Positions 19,655-32,313 of a DNA stretch of 64,000 nt are shown here, piece by piece (position 1 is the first letter of the stretch; each line of letters opens with the position of its first letter). Below the pieces are notes generated by a model, which ran no database searches, was not told the origin of the DNA, and was given only the letters and a program-made list of their open reading frames with translations. The translations under genes were made by a program, and so were the position numbers. Source of the stretch: an uncultured Bacteroidales bacterium (GTDB taxonomy: Bacteria > Bacteroidota > Bacteroidia > Bacteroidales > Muribaculaceae). Location: the NCBI GenBank assembly GCA_900547755.1, contig URIC01000003.1, positions 777 through 64,776 on the forward strand, read 5' to 3'.

Positions 19655-21442
19655 TTAATCAAGTTTCAGGACTGCGAGGAAAGCCTTCTGGGGCACCTCG
19701 ACGCTGCCTATCTGCTTCATGCGCTTTTTACCGGCTTTCTGTTTTTCCAGGAGCTTGCGTTTACGGCTTATGTCACCTCCGTAGCACTTGGCGGTGACAT
19801 CCTTGCGCACGGCCTTTATCGTCTCGCGGGCAATGATTTTGGCGCCTATGGCCGCCTGGATGGCTATGTCGAACTGTTGGCGCGGAATAAGTTCTTTAAG
19901 TTTCTCGCACATACGTCGGCCGAACTTCACGGCGTTGTCCGCGTGGGTCAGGGTCGAGAGGGCATCCACGCTCTCCCCGTTAAGGAGTATGTCTAACTTC
20001 ACCAGCTTGCTCTCGCGGAAGTCGTGCAGGTGATAGTCAAAGGAAGCGTAGCCTTTGGAGATGCTCTTCAGCTTGTCGTAGAAATCAATCACGATTTCTC
20101 CCAACGGCATGTCAAACACCATCTCCATGCGGTTGCCGGATATGTATTCCTGTTTCACCAGCTCGCCGCGCTTGGCCAGACAAAGGGTCATTATAGGACC
20201 TATGAACTCGGCGGCTGTGATTACCGAAGCGCGTATGTAGGGCTCCTCGATGTGGTCTATGAGGGTAGGCTCGGGCAGTCCGGAGGGATTGTGTACCTCG
20301 GTCATGTTCCCTTTCTTGTCATATACGCGGTATGAGACGTTGGGCACCGTAGTGATTACGTCCATGTCGAACTCGCGTCCCAGACGCTCCTGCACTATTT
20401 CCATGTGCAGCAGGCCGAGGAATCCGCAGCGGAAACCGAATCCGAGTGCGGCCGAAGATTCCGGCTGGAAGGTGAGCGAGGCATCGTTGAGCTGCAGCTT
20501 CTCGAGCGAGGCACGCAGGTTCTCGAAGTCCTCCGTCTCTATGGGGTAGACACCGGCGAAGACCATAGGTTTCACCTCCTCGAACCCCTCGATTGCCTTG
20601 TCGCAGGGCTGCTCCACATGGGTGATGGTGTCTCCCACACGCACCTCGCGGCTCGTCTTGATGCCGGAGATGATGTAGCCCACATTGCCGGCCGAGAGTT
20701 CTTTGCGGGGGGACATCTGCAGCTTGAGCACGCCAATCTCGTCCGCATGGTACTCCTTGCCGGTGGAGACGAATTTCACAAAGTCATCCTTTCGGATGGT
20801 GCCGTTGACAATCTTGAAGTAGGCTATGATGCCTCGGAAGGGGTTGAATACGGAGTCGAAGATAAGTGCCTGCAACGGAGCTTTCGGGTCCCCTTTGGGA
20901 GCGGGAATACGTTCCACGATGGCGCGGAGTATATCCTGGACTCCCATGCCGGTCTTGCCCGAGGCACGAATGACTTCAGAAGGGTCGCAACCCAACAGGT
21001 CGACTACCTGGTCCTCCACCTCGTCGGGCTTTGCGCTGTCCAGGTCACATTTGTTGAGTATGGGAATAATCTCCAGGTCGTTCTCTATGGCCATATACAG
21101 GTTGGAGATGGTCTGTGCCTGTATGCCCTGGCTGGCGTCCACAATCAGCAAGGCTCCCTCGCAGGCGGCTATGGAGCGGGACACCTCGTAGGAGAAGTCC
21201 ACATGTCCCGGAGTGTCAATAAGATTGAGCACATACTTTTCGCCGTCCAGCTCGAAATCCATCTGAATGGCGTGGCTTTTTATAGTTATGCCGCGCTCGC
21301 GCTCCAGGTCCATGTCGTCCAGCACCTGCGCCTCCATATCCTTGGGGGCAACGGTGTGAGTAAATTCCAGAAGACGGTCGGCAAGGGTACTCTTGCCGTG
21401 GTCGATATGTGCTATAATGCAGAAGTTGCGTATATTCTTCAT
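19655..21442 (-). CDS. lepA: Elongation factor 4 (LepA)
   Basis: [49 protein letters not shown]. Confidence 0.98.
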   Translation of the reverse strand: MKNIRNFCIIAHIDHGKSTLADRLLEFTHTVAPKDMEAQVLDDMDLERERGITIKSHAIQMDFELDGEKYVLNLIDTPGHVDFSYEVSRSIAACEGALLIVDASQGIQAQTISNLYMAIENDLEIIPILNKCDLDSAKPDEVEDQVVDLLGCDPSEVIRASGKTGMGVQDILRAIVERIPAPKGDPKAPLQALIFDSVFNPFRGIIAYFKIVNGTIRKDDFVKFVSTGKEYHADEIGVLKLQMSPRKELSAGNVGYIISGIKTSREVRVGDTITHVEQPCDKAIEGFEEVKPMVFAGVYPIETEDFENLRASLEKLQLNDASLTFQPESSAALGFGFRCGFLGLLHMEIVQERLGREFDMDVITTVPNVSYRVYDKKGNMTEVHNPSGLPEPTLIDHIEEPYIRASVITAAEFIGPIMTLCLAKRGELVKQEYISGNRMEMVFDMPLGEIVIDFYDKLKSISKGYASFDYHLHDFRESKLVKLDILLNGESVDALSTLTHADNAVKFGRRMCEKLKELIPRQQFDIAIQAAIGAKIIARETIKAVRKDVTAKCYGGDISRKRKLLEKQKAGKKRMKQIGSVEVPQKAFLAVLKLD

Positions 21443-21637
21443 AACAGAGTCAAGGAAACGGGGAGGGACACACCACCCCAAATAAATGCAAATTTACGAA
21501 CTTTTTCTCATTCGGGCAAATTGGGTGACACTCAGAGAGTTTTTTAAGTCATTGGCCTTTATGACCATAAAGATATTTTTTTATGACGTCGCGGAATGTG
21601 GGTAAACATTGCGGGACGGGTGGATGTTGTGTAGTTG

Positions 21638-21652
21638 TGGCACGGTTTTTGT
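21638..21652 (+). promoter_or_regulatory. Putative sigma-54 (-24/-12) promoter of htpG
   Basis: TGGCACGGTTTTTGT against consensus TGGCACG-N4-TTGC, about 50 bp upstream of htpG. Confidence 0.6.
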
Positions 21653-21703
21653 ATTGGCCACTTCAGTCAGACATATTGAATCAAAACATTTTAAAATAAT
21701 TAT

Positions 21704-23758
21704 ATGACAACCGGAAAAATCGGGGTTACAACTGAGAATATTTTCCCCGTCATCAAAAAATTCCTGTATTCAGACCATGAGATATTCCTGCGCGAGCTGG
21801 TGAGTAACGCCGTAGACGCTACACGTAAGCTGCGCACCCTTTCCTCTTTCGGTGATTTCAAAGGGGAGTTGGGCGATATGCGTGTGTATGTCAAGGCAGA
21901 CAAAGAGGCAGGTACTCTGACAGTCTCCGACCATGGCATCGGCATGGATGCTGAAGATATTGAGAAATACATCAACCAGATAGCCTTTTCTGGTGCGGAG
22001 GAATTCCTGGCCAAGTACAAGGACAGCGACATCATAGGCCATTTCGGTCTTGGCTTCTATTCCGCATTCATGGTCAGCAAGAAGGTGGAAATACGTTCTC
22101 TGAGCTATAAAGAGGGCGCCAGACCGGTACTTTGGAGCTGTGATGGCTCTCCCGAGTTCACTATGACCGAGGAGGGTGTGGAGAAGACGGAGCGCGGCAC
22201 CGACATAGTTCTCTATATCGACGATGAGAGCAAGGAGTTCCTGGAACAGGCCCGCATCGACACTCTGCTCAAGAAGTATTGCCGTTTCCTTCCTGTGCCC
22301 GTGATAAGCGGCAAGGAGCAGGAGTGGAAGGACGGCAAGTCGGTGGACACCGACCGCGACAAAGTGATTAATGCCACAGAGCCGCTGTGGACCAAGAAAC
22401 CCGCAGACCTCAAGGATGAAGACTATCTGCGTTTTTACCGTGAGCTGATGCCCGGCGCCGAGGAGCCCATGTTCTGGATTCACCTGAATGTGGATTACCC
22501 GTTCAACCTCACCGGAGTACTCTATTTCCCGAAAATACGCAACAATTTCGATATTCAGAAGAATCGAATTCAGCTCTATTGCAATCAGGTGTATGTCACC
22601 GACCAGGTGGAGGGCGTGGTGCCTGAGTTCATGACCCTCATGCAGGGTGTAATTGATTCGCCGGACATCCCGCTGAATGTGAGCCGCAGTTACTTGCAGG
22701 CTGATTCCGCAGTGAAGAAGATTTCTTCTTATATCTCCAAGAAGGTGGCCGAGAAACTCGCATCAATGTATAAGGATGACCTTAAGGCTTACGAGTCCAA
22801 ATGGGATGACATCAAGATTTTCATAGAGTACGGTATGCTCACAGACCAGAAATTCTGTGATTCGGCTATGAAGTTCGTGTTGTTGAAGGATACAGAGGAC
22901 GCTTATTTTAACCTGGAACAGTACAAAGAGCTGACTCAGGCCGAACAGACCGACAAGGACAATAATCTGATATGGCTCTACGCTACCGACAAGGAGTCTC
23001 AGTACAGCTACATTCAGGCTGCGCGGGACAAAGGTTACAATGTATTGATGATGGACGGACAGCTTGACCCCCATTTCATATCCATGCTGGAGGGCAAGGA
23101 GGACAAGACACGCTTCGTGCGCGTCGACTCCGACATCGTGGACCGTCTGATTGTCAAGTCCGACAGTAAGACTGCAAATCTCACTCCGCTGCAGACAGAT
23201 GTGATGAGCACGGTATTCAAGACAGGTATTCCCGCTGTGGAGAAGGCCGAGTTCATAGTCCGTTTTGAGGCTCTCAGTCCGGAGGAGGCGCCAGCTATGG
23301 TCACTCAGAACGAGTTCATGCGCCGCATGAAGGATATGGCTGTCGGGAACCCCGGTATGTCATTCTACAGCGAGATGCCCGACTCTTACGTTCTGGTGGT
23401 GAATACCGAGCATCCGGCGGTCAAGAAGATTGTGGATGATGCCACCGGCGCTCTTGAGAGCAAGGTTCAGCCGTTGCGTAACGAGATCGAGGCTTACAAC
23501 AACAGCATCACCGAAGCCCGAAAGGAGCTTGACGGCAAGAAGGACGACAAGGAAGCCGTCGAGGCGCTGAACAGCAAGATTGCCGAATCCGAGAAGAAAG
23601 TGGGCGAACTGCGAGCCGAGGAGGAGAAGATGGAGCGCGATTATGCCGCCACTCAGCCCAAGTTGCGCCAGGTGGCCGACCTGGCTCTGCTGGCTGCGGG
23701 TCTGCTCAGCGGAGAAGCATTGGCTGCCTTCGTAAAACGTAGCGCTTCAATGCTTTGA
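21704..23758 (+). CDS. htpG: Molecular chaperone HtpG (Hsp90)
   Basis: IFLRELVSNAVDA, DHGIGM, IGHFGLGFYSAF, DIPLNVSRS. Confidence 0.98.
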   Translation: MTTGKIGVTTENIFPVIKKFLYSDHEIFLRELVSNAVDATRKLRTLSSFGDFKGELGDMRVYVKADKEAGTLTVSDHGIGMDAEDIEKYINQIAFSGAEEFLAKYKDSDIIGHFGLGFYSAFMVSKKVEIRSLSYKEGARPVLWSCDGSPEFTMTEEGVEKTERGTDIVLYIDDESKEFLEQARIDTLLKKYCRFLPVPVISGKEQEWKDGKSVDTDRDKVINATEPLWTKKPADLKDEDYLRFYRELMPGAEEPMFWIHLNVDYPFNLTGVLYFPKIRNNFDIQKNRIQLYCNQVYVTDQVEGVVPEFMTLMQGVIDSPDIPLNVSRSYLQADSAVKKISSYISKKVAEKLASMYKDDLKAYESKWDDIKIFIEYGMLTDQKFCDSAMKFVLLKDTEDAYFNLEQYKELTQAEQTDKDNNLIWLYATDKESQYSYIQAARDKGYNVLMMDGQLDPHFISMLEGKEDKTRFVRVDSDIVDRLIVKSDSKTANLTPLQTDVMSTVFKTGIPAVEKAEFIVRFEALSPEEAPAMVTQNEFMRRMKDMAVGNPGMSFYSEMPDSYVLVVNTEHPAVKKIVDDATGALESKVQPLRNEIEAYNNSITEARKELDGKKDDKEAVEALNSKIAESEKKVGELRAEEEKMERDYAATQPKLRQVADLALLAAGLLSGEALAAFVKRSASML

Positions 23759-23784
23759 ACCACCCCATATTCCCGTTGAAATAG

Positions 23785-23826
23785 CTCAGGGAGCCATTCC
23801 GGAATTGACCGGAATGGCTCCCTGAG
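23785..23826. terminator. Bidirectional terminator between htpG and asd
   Basis: CTCAGGGAGCCATTCCGG / CCGGAATGGCTCCCTGAG perfect 18-bp inverted repeat. Confidence 0.8.
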
Positions 23827-23843
23827 GTTTATGTATGGGTCGT

Positions 23844-24869
23844 CTATGCGAGGGAGGAGTCGTTGGCTATCAGCCATTGAGCGATCTGGACGGCATTCAG
23901 GGCTGCTCCCTTCTTGATTTGGTCGCCTACGGTCCAGAATGTCACGGCCCCCGGTACTGCCAGGTCTTCGCGTATGCGTCCTACATAGACCGGGTCTTTG
24001 CCGGCCAGGTTGTAGGGCATGGGGTATTCCTTGGCTGCTGGGTTGTCGACCACTACCAATCCTTGGGCCTTTTCCATGGCTTGGCGCACCTCGGCTGCGG
24101 TGAGGGGGCGTTCACATTCCACCCAGATGGCCTCGCTGTGGGACCGCATGACGGGCACACGCACACAGGTGGCGGACACGCCTATGGCGGGGGAGTGCAG
24201 TATCTTGCGGGTCTCGTTCAGCATCTTCATCTCCTCCTTGGTGTAGTCGTTGTCCATAAAGACATCTATCTGAGGAATGAGGTTGAAGGCCAACTGAGCC
24301 GAGAACTTCTCGACAATGGGCTTCTCGCCGGCGAGTACCTGTGCCGTCTGAGTCTCCAACTCGGCCATTGCCGCCGCTCCGGCGCCGCTGGCTGCCTGGT
24401 AGGTGGCCACGTGAACACGTTTCACCGGGCTGAGGTCGTTCACCGGCTTCAGGGCCACGAGCATCTGGATGGTGGTGCAGTTGGGGTTGCCGATTATGCC
24501 ACGGGGACGCTCAAGGGCATCCTGCGCGTTCACTTCGGGTACCACAAGGGGCACATCCGGCTCCATGCGGAAGGCGGAGGAGTTGTCTATCATCACCGTG
24601 CCATGCTTCGTGATGGTCTCGGCAAACTCTTTGGAGGTGCCGGCGCCGGCGGACGTGAAAGCGATGTCCACGCCCTTGAAGTCATCATTGTGCTTCAGCT
24701 CCTTCACCTCTATCTTCTTGCCTCGGAAGGTGTATTTACGGCCGGCGCTGCGGCTTGAGCCGAAGAGCAGCAGTTCCCCGATGGGGAAGTTCTGCTCGTC
24801 CAGGACGCGCAGAAACTCCTGGCCTACGGCGCCGCTGGCACCCACAATCGCTACTCTATACTGTTTCAT
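23844..24869 (-). CDS. asd: Aspartate-semialdehyde dehydrogenase
   Basis: [39 protein letters not shown]. Confidence 0.97.
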   Translation of the reverse strand: MKQYRVAIVGASGAVGQEFLRVLDEQNFPIGELLLFGSSRSAGRKYTFRGKKIEVKELKHNDDFKGVDIAFTSAGAGTSKEFAETITKHGTVMIDNSSAFRMEPDVPLVVPEVNAQDALERPRGIIGNPNCTTIQMLVALKPVNDLSPVKRVHVATYQAASGAGAAAMAELETQTAQVLAGEKPIVEKFSAQLAFNLIPQIDVFMDNDYTKEEMKMLNETRKILHSPAIGVSATCVRVPVMRSHSEAIWVECERPLTAAEVRQAMEKAQGLVVVDNPAAKEYPMPYNLAGKDPVYVGRIREDLAVPGAVTFWTVGDQIKKGAALNAVQIAQWLIANDSSLA

Positions 24870-24881
24870 GGCAGTCCGGAA

Positions 24882-25760
24882 TTATTGACGGCCTTCTGTG
24901 GCCACGCTGCGGTCAATCTTCTTGACCAGCCCCTGAAGCACATTGCCGGGACCCAGTTCCGTGAAAGAGTCGGCGCCGTCGGCAATCATGGCCTGCACGT
25001 CGTAAGTCCAGCGTACCGGGGCTGTGAGCTGAGCCAGCAGGTTGGCTTTGATTTCCTTGGGGTCTGTGTGAGGCTTGCCGTCCACATTCTGGTATACGGG
25101 GCATACGGGAGTATGGAACTCGGCGGCCTCGATGGCGGCGGAGAGCTTGTCGGCGGCAGGTTGCATCAGGGGGCTGTGGAAGGCTCCGCCCACTTTCAGT
25201 TTCAGGGCACGTTTGGCACCGGCTTCAAGCATCTTTGCGCAAGCGGCGTCCACACCCTCTATGGTGCCGGAAATAACTACCTGTCCGGGGCAGTTGTAAT
25301 TGGCGGGAGCCACTATATCGTCAATCTCGGCGCAGAGCGCCTCCACTTTCTCATCGGGGAGGGCGAGAACGGCAGCCATAGTGGAGGGGCGTAGCTCGCA
25401 GGCGTGCTGCATGGCCTGTGCGCGGGCGCTGACCAGTTTCAGGCCCTCTTCGAAGGAGAGAGCGCCGGCAGCTACCAGTGCGGAGAACTCTCCGAGACTG
25501 TGGCCGGCCACCATATCGGGCTTGAACTCCTCGCCCATGGTCTTGGCCAGGATTACGGAGTGAAGGAAGATGGCGGGCTGTGTCACTTTTGTCTGACGCA
25601 GGTCCTCTTCCGTGCCATTGAACATAAGGTCCGTGATGCGGAAGCCGAGTACCTCGTTTGCCTTCTCAAACATGGCGCGGGCGGTCTCGTTGTTGTCATA
25701 CAGGTCCTTGCCCATTCCTACGAACTGGGCTCCCTGACCGGGAAATACAAATGCTTTCAT
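24882..25760 (-). CDS. fabD: Malonyl-CoA:ACP transacylase
   Basis: FPGQGAQ, GHSLGEFSA, GAFHS. Confidence 0.97.
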   Translation of the reverse strand: MKAFVFPGQGAQFVGMGKDLYDNNETARAMFEKANEVLGFRITDLMFNGTEEDLRQTKVTQPAIFLHSVILAKTMGEEFKPDMVAGHSLGEFSALVAAGALSFEEGLKLVSARAQAMQHACELRPSTMAAVLALPDEKVEALCAEIDDIVAPANYNCPGQVVISGTIEGVDAACAKMLEAGAKRALKLKVGGAFHSPLMQPAADKLSAAIEAAEFHTPVCPVYQNVDGKPHTDPKEIKANLLAQLTAPVRWTYDVQAMIADGADSFTELGPGNVLQGLVKKIDRSVATEGRQ

Positions 25761-25795
25761 AATCTGATTTTATTGTCTGCTATCAATATTTATTG

Positions 25796-28309
25796 TTATT
25801 TAGCGTAAGGAGAATCGGGCCACAATGCGCTCCACCACTGCGGATTGTCCTTGAGCCATAGGTCGAACCATGCCATAATCGAGGAGTGCCAGAGGCGCCG
25901 TTTGGCGTAGTCGGATATGAAGTGGTTCTCGCCGTCTACCTCAATGAACTCTACGGGACGGTTCAGGATGCGCAGGGCCTTGAAAATCTGCTGGCTCTCG
26001 CCGGGGGGCACGTTGGTGTCCTTGGTGCCGTGCATCAGGAGCAGAGGAGTGTTGATTTTGTCGGCGTTGAATAGAGACCCTTGCTTGGTGAAGAGGTCGG
26101 GATTGTTCCAGGGGAATGAATCTGCGGCAGCCACACCGTTGTAGCTGTGACCCCACCAGCCTTCGCCCCAGTAAGAGGTGACATCCGAGATGCCCGCGTG
26201 GCTCACGGCGGCGGCGAATATCGGTGTGAGGGTCTGCAGGTACTGGGTCATGAAGCCTCCGTAGCTGGCGCCCAGACAGCCTATCTTGTCCTTGTCGATG
26301 AATGAGCGGGAGTCAACCAGGCTCTTGGTGGCCTCTATTATGTCATTGGCCGTGCGCTTGCCCCAGGCGTTGACGTGGCGTGCGGAGTACTCCTGGCCGT
26401 AGCCGGTAGTGCCGGAGGGGTTGAGGGTGTACACCACATAGCCGCGCGATGCGAACAGTTGCGGGGTGTAGGGGTTGCTGATGCCTTTTTGTGTGGGGGA
26501 GGTGCCTCCGTAGTAGTACACAATCAGGGGGTATTTCTTATTCGGGTCGAACTCCGGGGGATAGGTGATGTATCCTTCGACGACAGTTCCGTCGGTGGGG
26601 TCGGTCCAGTTGTAAGGTTCGTACTCGCTCATGTCTATCTCGGCCAGTCGGTCTGCCAATGGGTCATCCACCAGGGTGTCTTTTTTCTTGCGGGTGTCGT
26701 AGATGTAACCGCTGCCGGCATAGTCCGCGCCCTGACCCCAGTAAGCTATCTTGCTGCCGTCGCGGCTCATGCTGAAGCCACGCAGCGCGTCTATGGAGAG
26801 GGGAATCTCCTTGAACTGAAGGTTCGTGGGGTCAAGCACGAACATATTGTTCTCGAAGCCGTTCTCGCCGAGGATGTAGATTTTGCCGTCCTTGGCCCAT
26901 TCGGCCTGCTGAACGGAGGGGTCGAAGTCCTTCGTCAGGGGACGCACCTTGCGGTCGGCAAGGTTCATCTCGAAGGCCTGCACATCAAAGTCGTTGACAA
27001 TCTGGCCGGGCTTGATTCTGGCGCCTATGCCGTCGAACAGGGCTGCGGAACCGAGCGCCAGGAGTTTCTTCGCATCCGGACTATAGCTTACCGAGTTGAT
27101 GAAACCTGTCTCCGGAATAATTGTGTCTACGGCGAGAGTGCGGGTATCCATTTCCAGAATCTCGGAGGAGAAGAAAGGTCGGTGGGTGGGTGTCTCGCGC
27201 TGTATGGCTATCAGGATTTTGTCCTGGGTGGGATGTATGTCCATAAGGCGGGCGGTACCTCCCCAGGTGAGAGGACGTATGTCTCCCGTGCGGGTGTCAC
27301 ACTCAAAGATGCGGGAGCCGTCGGTCTCGCCGGTTGCGCGGCTGCCGGGAGAGAGCTGGCGGCGCAAGGGGCCTTTCTGCTCCTTATGTCCGTCGGTGAC
27401 CATATAGAAGAACTTGTCGCCGCGTGCGTTGAAATAAACTGTGCTTTCGGGCACGTCGCGAGCCACTGTCTTCTGCTCCATTGTTGCGGGGTCAAGGGTC
27501 ACTATGTCATAGCCCCCGGTACTCTTGGCGGCGCCGTACAGGATTGCTCCGGCAGGCATCCATGTAAAAACAGGGGTGGAGGGAAGCTCTGTTTTGCGGC
27601 CTGTACGCAGGTCGCAGAGGGTGGTGTGGCGCAGGGTCTTGTCCGCGTCATACTGGTTGGCATAATTGACTACCAACCAGTTGCCGTCCGGGCTTACGGA
27701 CTCGCGGGTTATTCTTTCGCCGAAAGCGGTGTCATCCAGATTGAAGTGACGTTTGGAGGTGGCGCTGGCCGTAAGGTTGACATCCTCGAAACCCTTGTCG
27801 GGAGTCCATTCCAGTTTTAGGGTTGGAGCGGCGGCATCCTCGCCCATAGAGAGGACGCGCACGCACACCTCATGGTCTGAATAGGGCTCCATCTGCAGTG
27901 AGGCGGTGACATCGCCGTCTGCCTTCTCGCTTGTGCCTTTCTTCTCGCCGTCCACATAGAGGGCGAAACGGGCCGGAGAGCTTACCTTAAGCGTACCTTT
28001 GGCGTAAGCGTCCGGGCGTAGGCGTGTCACAGCTGTCTGCAGCGAGGCCATGCCGGTGCCTTTGTCCAGTGCGAGGACTGTGTCGGATTTGGAGATTACC
28101 GCTTGCTTGGAGGCATGCAGCGGAGCCGGGGTGTCAAGCAGACGGGCGGCATCGTAGCGGGTGCCGGCCACTGTGGTGGAGTCCACCATCAGAGGGGTGG
28201 AGACTCCGGTTATGGGGTTGACGCGCCACACGGTAGGGAGTGTCCCCGCATTGAGCGACAGGGACAGCCCGGCGGCGGTCAGAAAAAACATCAATTTACT
28301 TTTCTTCAT
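25796..28309 (-). CDS. S9 family (prolyl oligopeptidase-like) serine peptidase, exported
   Basis: Signal peptide; beta-propeller region; GASYGG, HGTKDTNV, ENH catalytic triad. Confidence 0.9.
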   Translation of the reverse strand: MKKSKLMFFLTAAGLSLSLNAGTLPTVWRVNPITGVSTPLMVDSTTVAGTRYDAARLLDTPAPLHASKQAVISKSDTVLALDKGTGMASLQTAVTRLRPDAYAKGTLKVSSPARFALYVDGEKKGTSEKADGDVTASLQMEPYSDHEVCVRVLSMGEDAAAPTLKLEWTPDKGFEDVNLTASATSKRHFNLDDTAFGERITRESVSPDGNWLVVNYANQYDADKTLRHTTLCDLRTGRKTELPSTPVFTWMPAGAILYGAAKSTGGYDIVTLDPATMEQKTVARDVPESTVYFNARGDKFFYMVTDGHKEQKGPLRRQLSPGSRATGETDGSRIFECDTRTGDIRPLTWGGTARLMDIHPTQDKILIAIQRETPTHRPFFSSEILEMDTRTLAVDTIIPETGFINSVSYSPDAKKLLALGSAALFDGIGARIKPGQIVNDFDVQAFEMNLADRKVRPLTKDFDPSVQQAEWAKDGKIYILGENGFENNMFVLDPTNLQFKEIPLSIDALRGFSMSRDGSKIAYWGQGADYAGSGYIYDTRKKKDTLVDDPLADRLAEIDMSEYEPYNWTDPTDGTVVEGYITYPPEFDPNKKYPLIVYYYGGTSPTQKGISNPYTPQLFASRGYVVYTLNPSGTTGYGQEYSARHVNAWGKRTANDIIEATKSLVDSRSFIDKDKIGCLGASYGGFMTQYLQTLTPIFAAAVSHAGISDVTSYWGEGWWGHSYNGVAAADSFPWNNPDLFTKQGSLFNADKINTPLLLMHGTKDTNVPPGESQQIFKALRILNRPVEFIEVDGENHFISDYAKRRLWHSSIMAWFDLWLKDNPQWWSALWPDSPYAK

Positions 28310-28377
28310 TGTTTTTCGTCATTAGATTATACGAAACAGTCCCGTTGTCAGTGTCGGGAACTGTCTCTAAGGCGTAT

Positions 28378-31062
28378 TTATTTTTGGAGAGCCTCAATCG
28401 AAGCCTTTATGGCTGCAATCTTCTCTGTGGCATCTGTCTGTTTCTTCTTCTCCAGGGCCACCACAGCCTCGGGCGCGTTGGCCACGAAGCGCTCATTGCT
28501 CAGCTTCTTCTCCACGCCGACTAAGAAGCCTTCGTAGCGTTTCAGCTCGGCGTTGAGTTTCTTCAGCTCCTCCTCTACGTCCACAGCGCCCTTGAGAGGT
28601 ACGGAATATTCGGTAGCGCCGACAATAAACGAGGCGGCGGAGGGGTCTTTCTCCTCGACGGTGCGGATGCCGGACAGGCCGGCAATCTTCATGAGCGTGT
28701 CGTCCAGGTCTTCGGGCCAGGCGCCATGTATGAGAAGTTCCAGAGGCTCACGGCCCGGAATCTGTTTGCTCTTGCGAATGGTACGTACGCCGGCGATTAT
28801 CTCCTTCAGTGTGTCCATGTCGGCAATCAGCCGGCGGTCATATCCCTTGGCTACGGGCAGGCGGGCATACATGATGCTCTCGCCCTCTTCGCGAGGCTGC
28901 AGATGCTGCCACAGCTCTTCGGTGATAAAGGGCATGAAGGGATGGAGAAGGCGCAGCAGGGTGTCGAAATATCCGAGAGTCTTTTCGTAGGTCAGCGCAT
29001 CTATGGGAGTGCCGTAGGCGGGCTTCACCATCTCCAGGTACCAGGCGGAGAACTCGTCCCAGAAGAGGCGGTAAATGGCCATGAGGGCTTCGGAGATGCG
29101 GAACTTCTCCATTTGGTCGGCCACTGTCTCAAGGGTGCGGTCCAGCACAGCCTCGAACCATCGGCATGCCTGTGCGGCATAGTCAGGCTGTTCCCCTTCG
29201 TCGCTCACCTGCCAGCCCTTTACCAGGCGGAAAGCGTTCCATATCTTATTGTTGAAGTTACGGCCCTGTTCGCACAGCGAGTCGTCGTAGAGGATATCGT
29301 TACCGGCGGGTGCTGCCAGCATCAGGCCCATACGCACGCCGTCGGCGCCGTACTTCTCCATCAGTTCTATGGGGTCGGGACTGTTGCCCAGCATCTTGCT
29401 CATCTTACGGCCTAACTTGTCGCGGACTATACCTGTGAAGTAGACGTTGCCGAAGGGCTTGTCTCCGGCGTACTCGTAACCGGCCATAATCATTCGGGCC
29501 ACCCAGAAGAAGATGATGTCCGGGGCGGTGACCAACGTGGCGGTGGGGTAGTAGTACTTCATCTCGGCGTTGTCCGGCTCCAGGATTCCGTTGAACAGGG
29601 TTATGGGCCATAGCCAGGAGGAGAACCAGGTGTCCAGGGCATCCTCGTCCTGACGCAAGTCTGCCGCTGACAGAGACATATTGCCTGTGAGCTTGCGGGC
29701 TTTCTCCAGAGCCTCCTCCGCCGTTTCGGCAACTACCACCGGCGCGTCTTCTCCCTCGCCTATGAAATAGGCCGGGATGCGGTGGCCCCACCACAGCTGG
29801 CGGCTGATGCACCAGTCCTGGATGTTCTCAAGCCAGTTGCAGTAAGTGGCGCGGTACTTCTCGGGCACAAACTTTATATGTTCATCCGTCACCGGCGGAA
29901 GGGCGATGTCGGCGAAATGCTTCATCTTTATGAACCACTGCATGGAGAGGCGTGGCTCTATGGGCACGTGTGTGCGCTCGGAGCAGCCCACATTGTTTAC
30001 ATAGTCCTCCACTTTCTCCATCAGCGAGGCTTCGGCAAGGTCCTTGGCTATCTGTTCTCGGACTGCGAAACGGTCCATGCCCACATACATGCCGGCTGCC
30101 TCGGCCACCGTGCCGTCGTCGTTGAAGATGTCTATTGTCTCCAGGTCATGTTTCTTGCCCAGCATATAGTCGTTTGTGTCGTGGGCCGGAGTCACCTTCA
30201 GGCAACCTGTACCGAAGTCAATCTCCACATACCGGTCCTCTATCACGGGCACGGTGCGGCCTACCAGAGGCACTGTCACGTGCTTCCCTTTGAGCCAGGC
30301 GTTTTTCGGGTCCTTGGGGTTTATGCACATGGCCGTGTCGCCCATTATCGTCTCCGGACGTGTGGTGGCCACTACTGCGTAATGGCGTCCCTGCGCGTCA
30401 GTATGTACCACGCTTCCCTCGGGCACCGCGCCGAGGTCCTGTTCCTGCACGTAGTAGCGCAGGTAATATAATTTGCTGTTCTCCTCTTTGAAATAAACCT
30501 CGTCATTGCTCAGGGCCGTGCGGTTCTGAGGGTCCCAGTTCACCATTCGCAGACCACGATATATGAGCCCCTTGTCATAGAGGTCGCAGAATACCTTGGT
30601 CACGCTGCGGCTGCGAGTCTCGTCCATAGTGAAGGCGGTGCGCTCCCAGTCGCAGGAAGCACCCAGACGACGCAGCTGCTTCAGTATTATGCCGCCGTAC
30701 TTGTCGGTCCATTCCCAGGCATGCTCCAGGAACTTCTCGCGTCCTATGTCGCGCTTCTGTATTCCCTCGGCGGCGAGTTTGGCCACCACCTTGGTCTCTG
30801 TGGATATGGAGGCATGGTCAGTGCCCGGCACCCAGACGGCGTTCTTGCCCTCCATGCGGGCGCGGCGCACCAGTATGTCCTGAATGGTATTGTTAAGCAT
30901 GTGGCCCATGTGAAGCACTCCGGTCACATTAGGTGGAGGAATCACTATGGTAAACGCTTCGCGCTCGTCCGGCTCCGAGTGGAACAGACGGTGCTTAATC
31001 CAGTATTCATACCATTTGCCCTCTACCTGCGAGGGGTCGTATTTGGTGGCTAACTCTTTCAT
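28378..31062 (-). CDS. valS: Valine--tRNA ligase
   Basis: [34 protein letters not shown]-terminal coiled coil. Confidence 0.98.
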   Translation of the reverse strand: MKELATKYDPSQVEGKWYEYWIKHRLFHSEPDEREAFTIVIPPPNVTGVLHMGHMLNNTIQDILVRRARMEGKNAVWVPGTDHASISTETKVVAKLAAEGIQKRDIGREKFLEHAWEWTDKYGGIILKQLRRLGASCDWERTAFTMDETRSRSVTKVFCDLYDKGLIYRGLRMVNWDPQNRTALSNDEVYFKEENSKLYYLRYYVQEQDLGAVPEGSVVHTDAQGRHYAVVATTRPETIMGDTAMCINPKDPKNAWLKGKHVTVPLVGRTVPVIEDRYVEIDFGTGCLKVTPAHDTNDYMLGKKHDLETIDIFNDDGTVAEAAGMYVGMDRFAVREQIAKDLAEASLMEKVEDYVNNVGCSERTHVPIEPRLSMQWFIKMKHFADIALPPVTDEHIKFVPEKYRATYCNWLENIQDWCISRQLWWGHRIPAYFIGEGEDAPVVVAETAEEALEKARKLTGNMSLSAADLRQDEDALDTWFSSWLWPITLFNGILEPDNAEMKYYYPTATLVTAPDIIFFWVARMIMAGYEYAGDKPFGNVYFTGIVRDKLGRKMSKMLGNSPDPIELMEKYGADGVRMGLMLAAPAGNDILYDDSLCEQGRNFNNKIWNAFRLVKGWQVSDEGEQPDYAAQACRWFEAVLDRTLETVADQMEKFRISEALMAIYRLFWDEFSAWYLEMVKPAYGTPIDALTYEKTLGYFDTLLRLLHPFMPFITEELWQHLQPREEGESIMYARLPVAKGYDRRLIADMDTLKEIIAGVRTIRKSKQIPGREPLELLIHGAWPEDLDDTLMKIAGLSGIRTVEEKDPSAASFIVGATEYSVPLKGAVDVEEELKKLNAELKRYEGFLVGVEKKLSNERFVANAPEAVVALEKKKQTDATEKIAAIKASIEALQK

Positions 31063-31106
31063 AATATGGTGATTGACTTTGTGTTCGTGTATTGGACATC
31101 CTAATC

Positions 31107-32081
31107 CTATATGTATGTCTCTATGACTATGGCCTCGCCGTCTGTCGGTTTCAGCGTCACATCCCGCTCGTCGGCGCCCACAAGCAGCAATGTGCCGGGA
31201 CCGGCCTTCTCGGTGCCGCAGGAGTCCGAAATCTCAATATGGCCGGACACCACTACCAACACCTTGAAGGACTCCACATCCCGGTAATCGCGGTGTAGAC
31301 GGTAGGAGATGTGCATACGGTTGACGGTGAAGCGATTGGTGGCGAGAAGGCCGGAGTTGATATTCATCTCGTCCGGGTAGAGTACCTGCGAGCCTTCGCC
31401 ACATCGGCTAAGGTCCAGCGATTCAAGGGCCTGGGCAGTGTGCAGCTCGCGCGGACGCCCCTGGCTGTCCACACGGTTATAGTCATAGATGCGGAAGGTG
31501 GTGTCGCTCGGCTGCTGTATCTCCAGCACCAGGCATCCTTCGCCAAGTGAGTGGACCGTGCCTCCCGGTATGTAATAGACCTCGCCGCGTGTCACAGGCG
31601 TAAAGTGCAGATAATCAGTGATGCGGCCGCTGCTGACGATTGACTTGAACTGGTCGCGTGTAAGCGGGGTGTTGAAGCCGGCGCACAGGCGTGCCTTGGG
31701 TGTGGCCTCAAGCATATACCACAGCTCATTCTTGCCGTTGGGCAGGCCGAAAGCGGGTGCCGCCTTGTCGTCGGGGTGTACCTGCACCGATAGGTCTGAA
31801 CTGGCATCCAAGAACTTGACAAGCAGCGGAAACTCCAGTCCCGTGCGTTCCAGGTTTTTGCGCCCTAACAGCGCCACACCGTAGCGTTCTATGAGTCCGG
31901 TCAGCGACAGACCCTTGTCCGGACCTGCCGCCACCACACTCTCGTGGCCCGGCATGCCGCTCAGCTCGTAGGTCTCGCCGATATGCGCGTCTGCGGCGGA
32001 AGACTCAGCTTCCCCCTTGAAGGCGGCTATCCTTGAGCCACCCCAGATGGTCGGTTTCAATATGGGCTTAAATCTCCACAT
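31107..32081 (-). CDS. manA: Class I mannose-6-phosphate isomerase
   Basis: [38 protein letters not shown]. Confidence 0.9.
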   Translation of the reverse strand: MWRFKPILKPTIWGGSRIAAFKGEAESSAADAHIGETYELSGMPGHESVVAAGPDKGLSLTGLIERYGVALLGRKNLERTGLEFPLLVKFLDASSDLSVQVHPDDKAAPAFGLPNGKNELWYMLEATPKARLCAGFNTPLTRDQFKSIVSSGRITDYLHFTPVTRGEVYYIPGGTVHSLGEGCLVLEIQQPSDTTFRIYDYNRVDSQGRPRELHTAQALESLDLSRCGEGSQVLYPDEMNINSGLLATNRFTVNRMHISYRLHRDYRDVESFKVLVVVSGHIEISDSCGTEKAGPGTLLLVGADERDVTLKPTDGEAIVIETYI

Positions 32082-32313
32082 ATAGGGCAAATTATGTGCA
32101 AAGATACAAAAAAATCTTATATCTGACGTATTTACATTTCCTCTGACATTCCGCATGCTGTTCCCGTACTATCTCTGTCTGTATTGAATCGGCTGATAAT
32201 AAATGCGTTAAGCGGATTTATTAGTCTTTTTACACTTAACCTGTCAGTCAGGGAAAACAAAAATCCTCCGGCTTTTGTTAAAACAGTCAGAAACCAAATC
32301 GAATTTAAGAACT

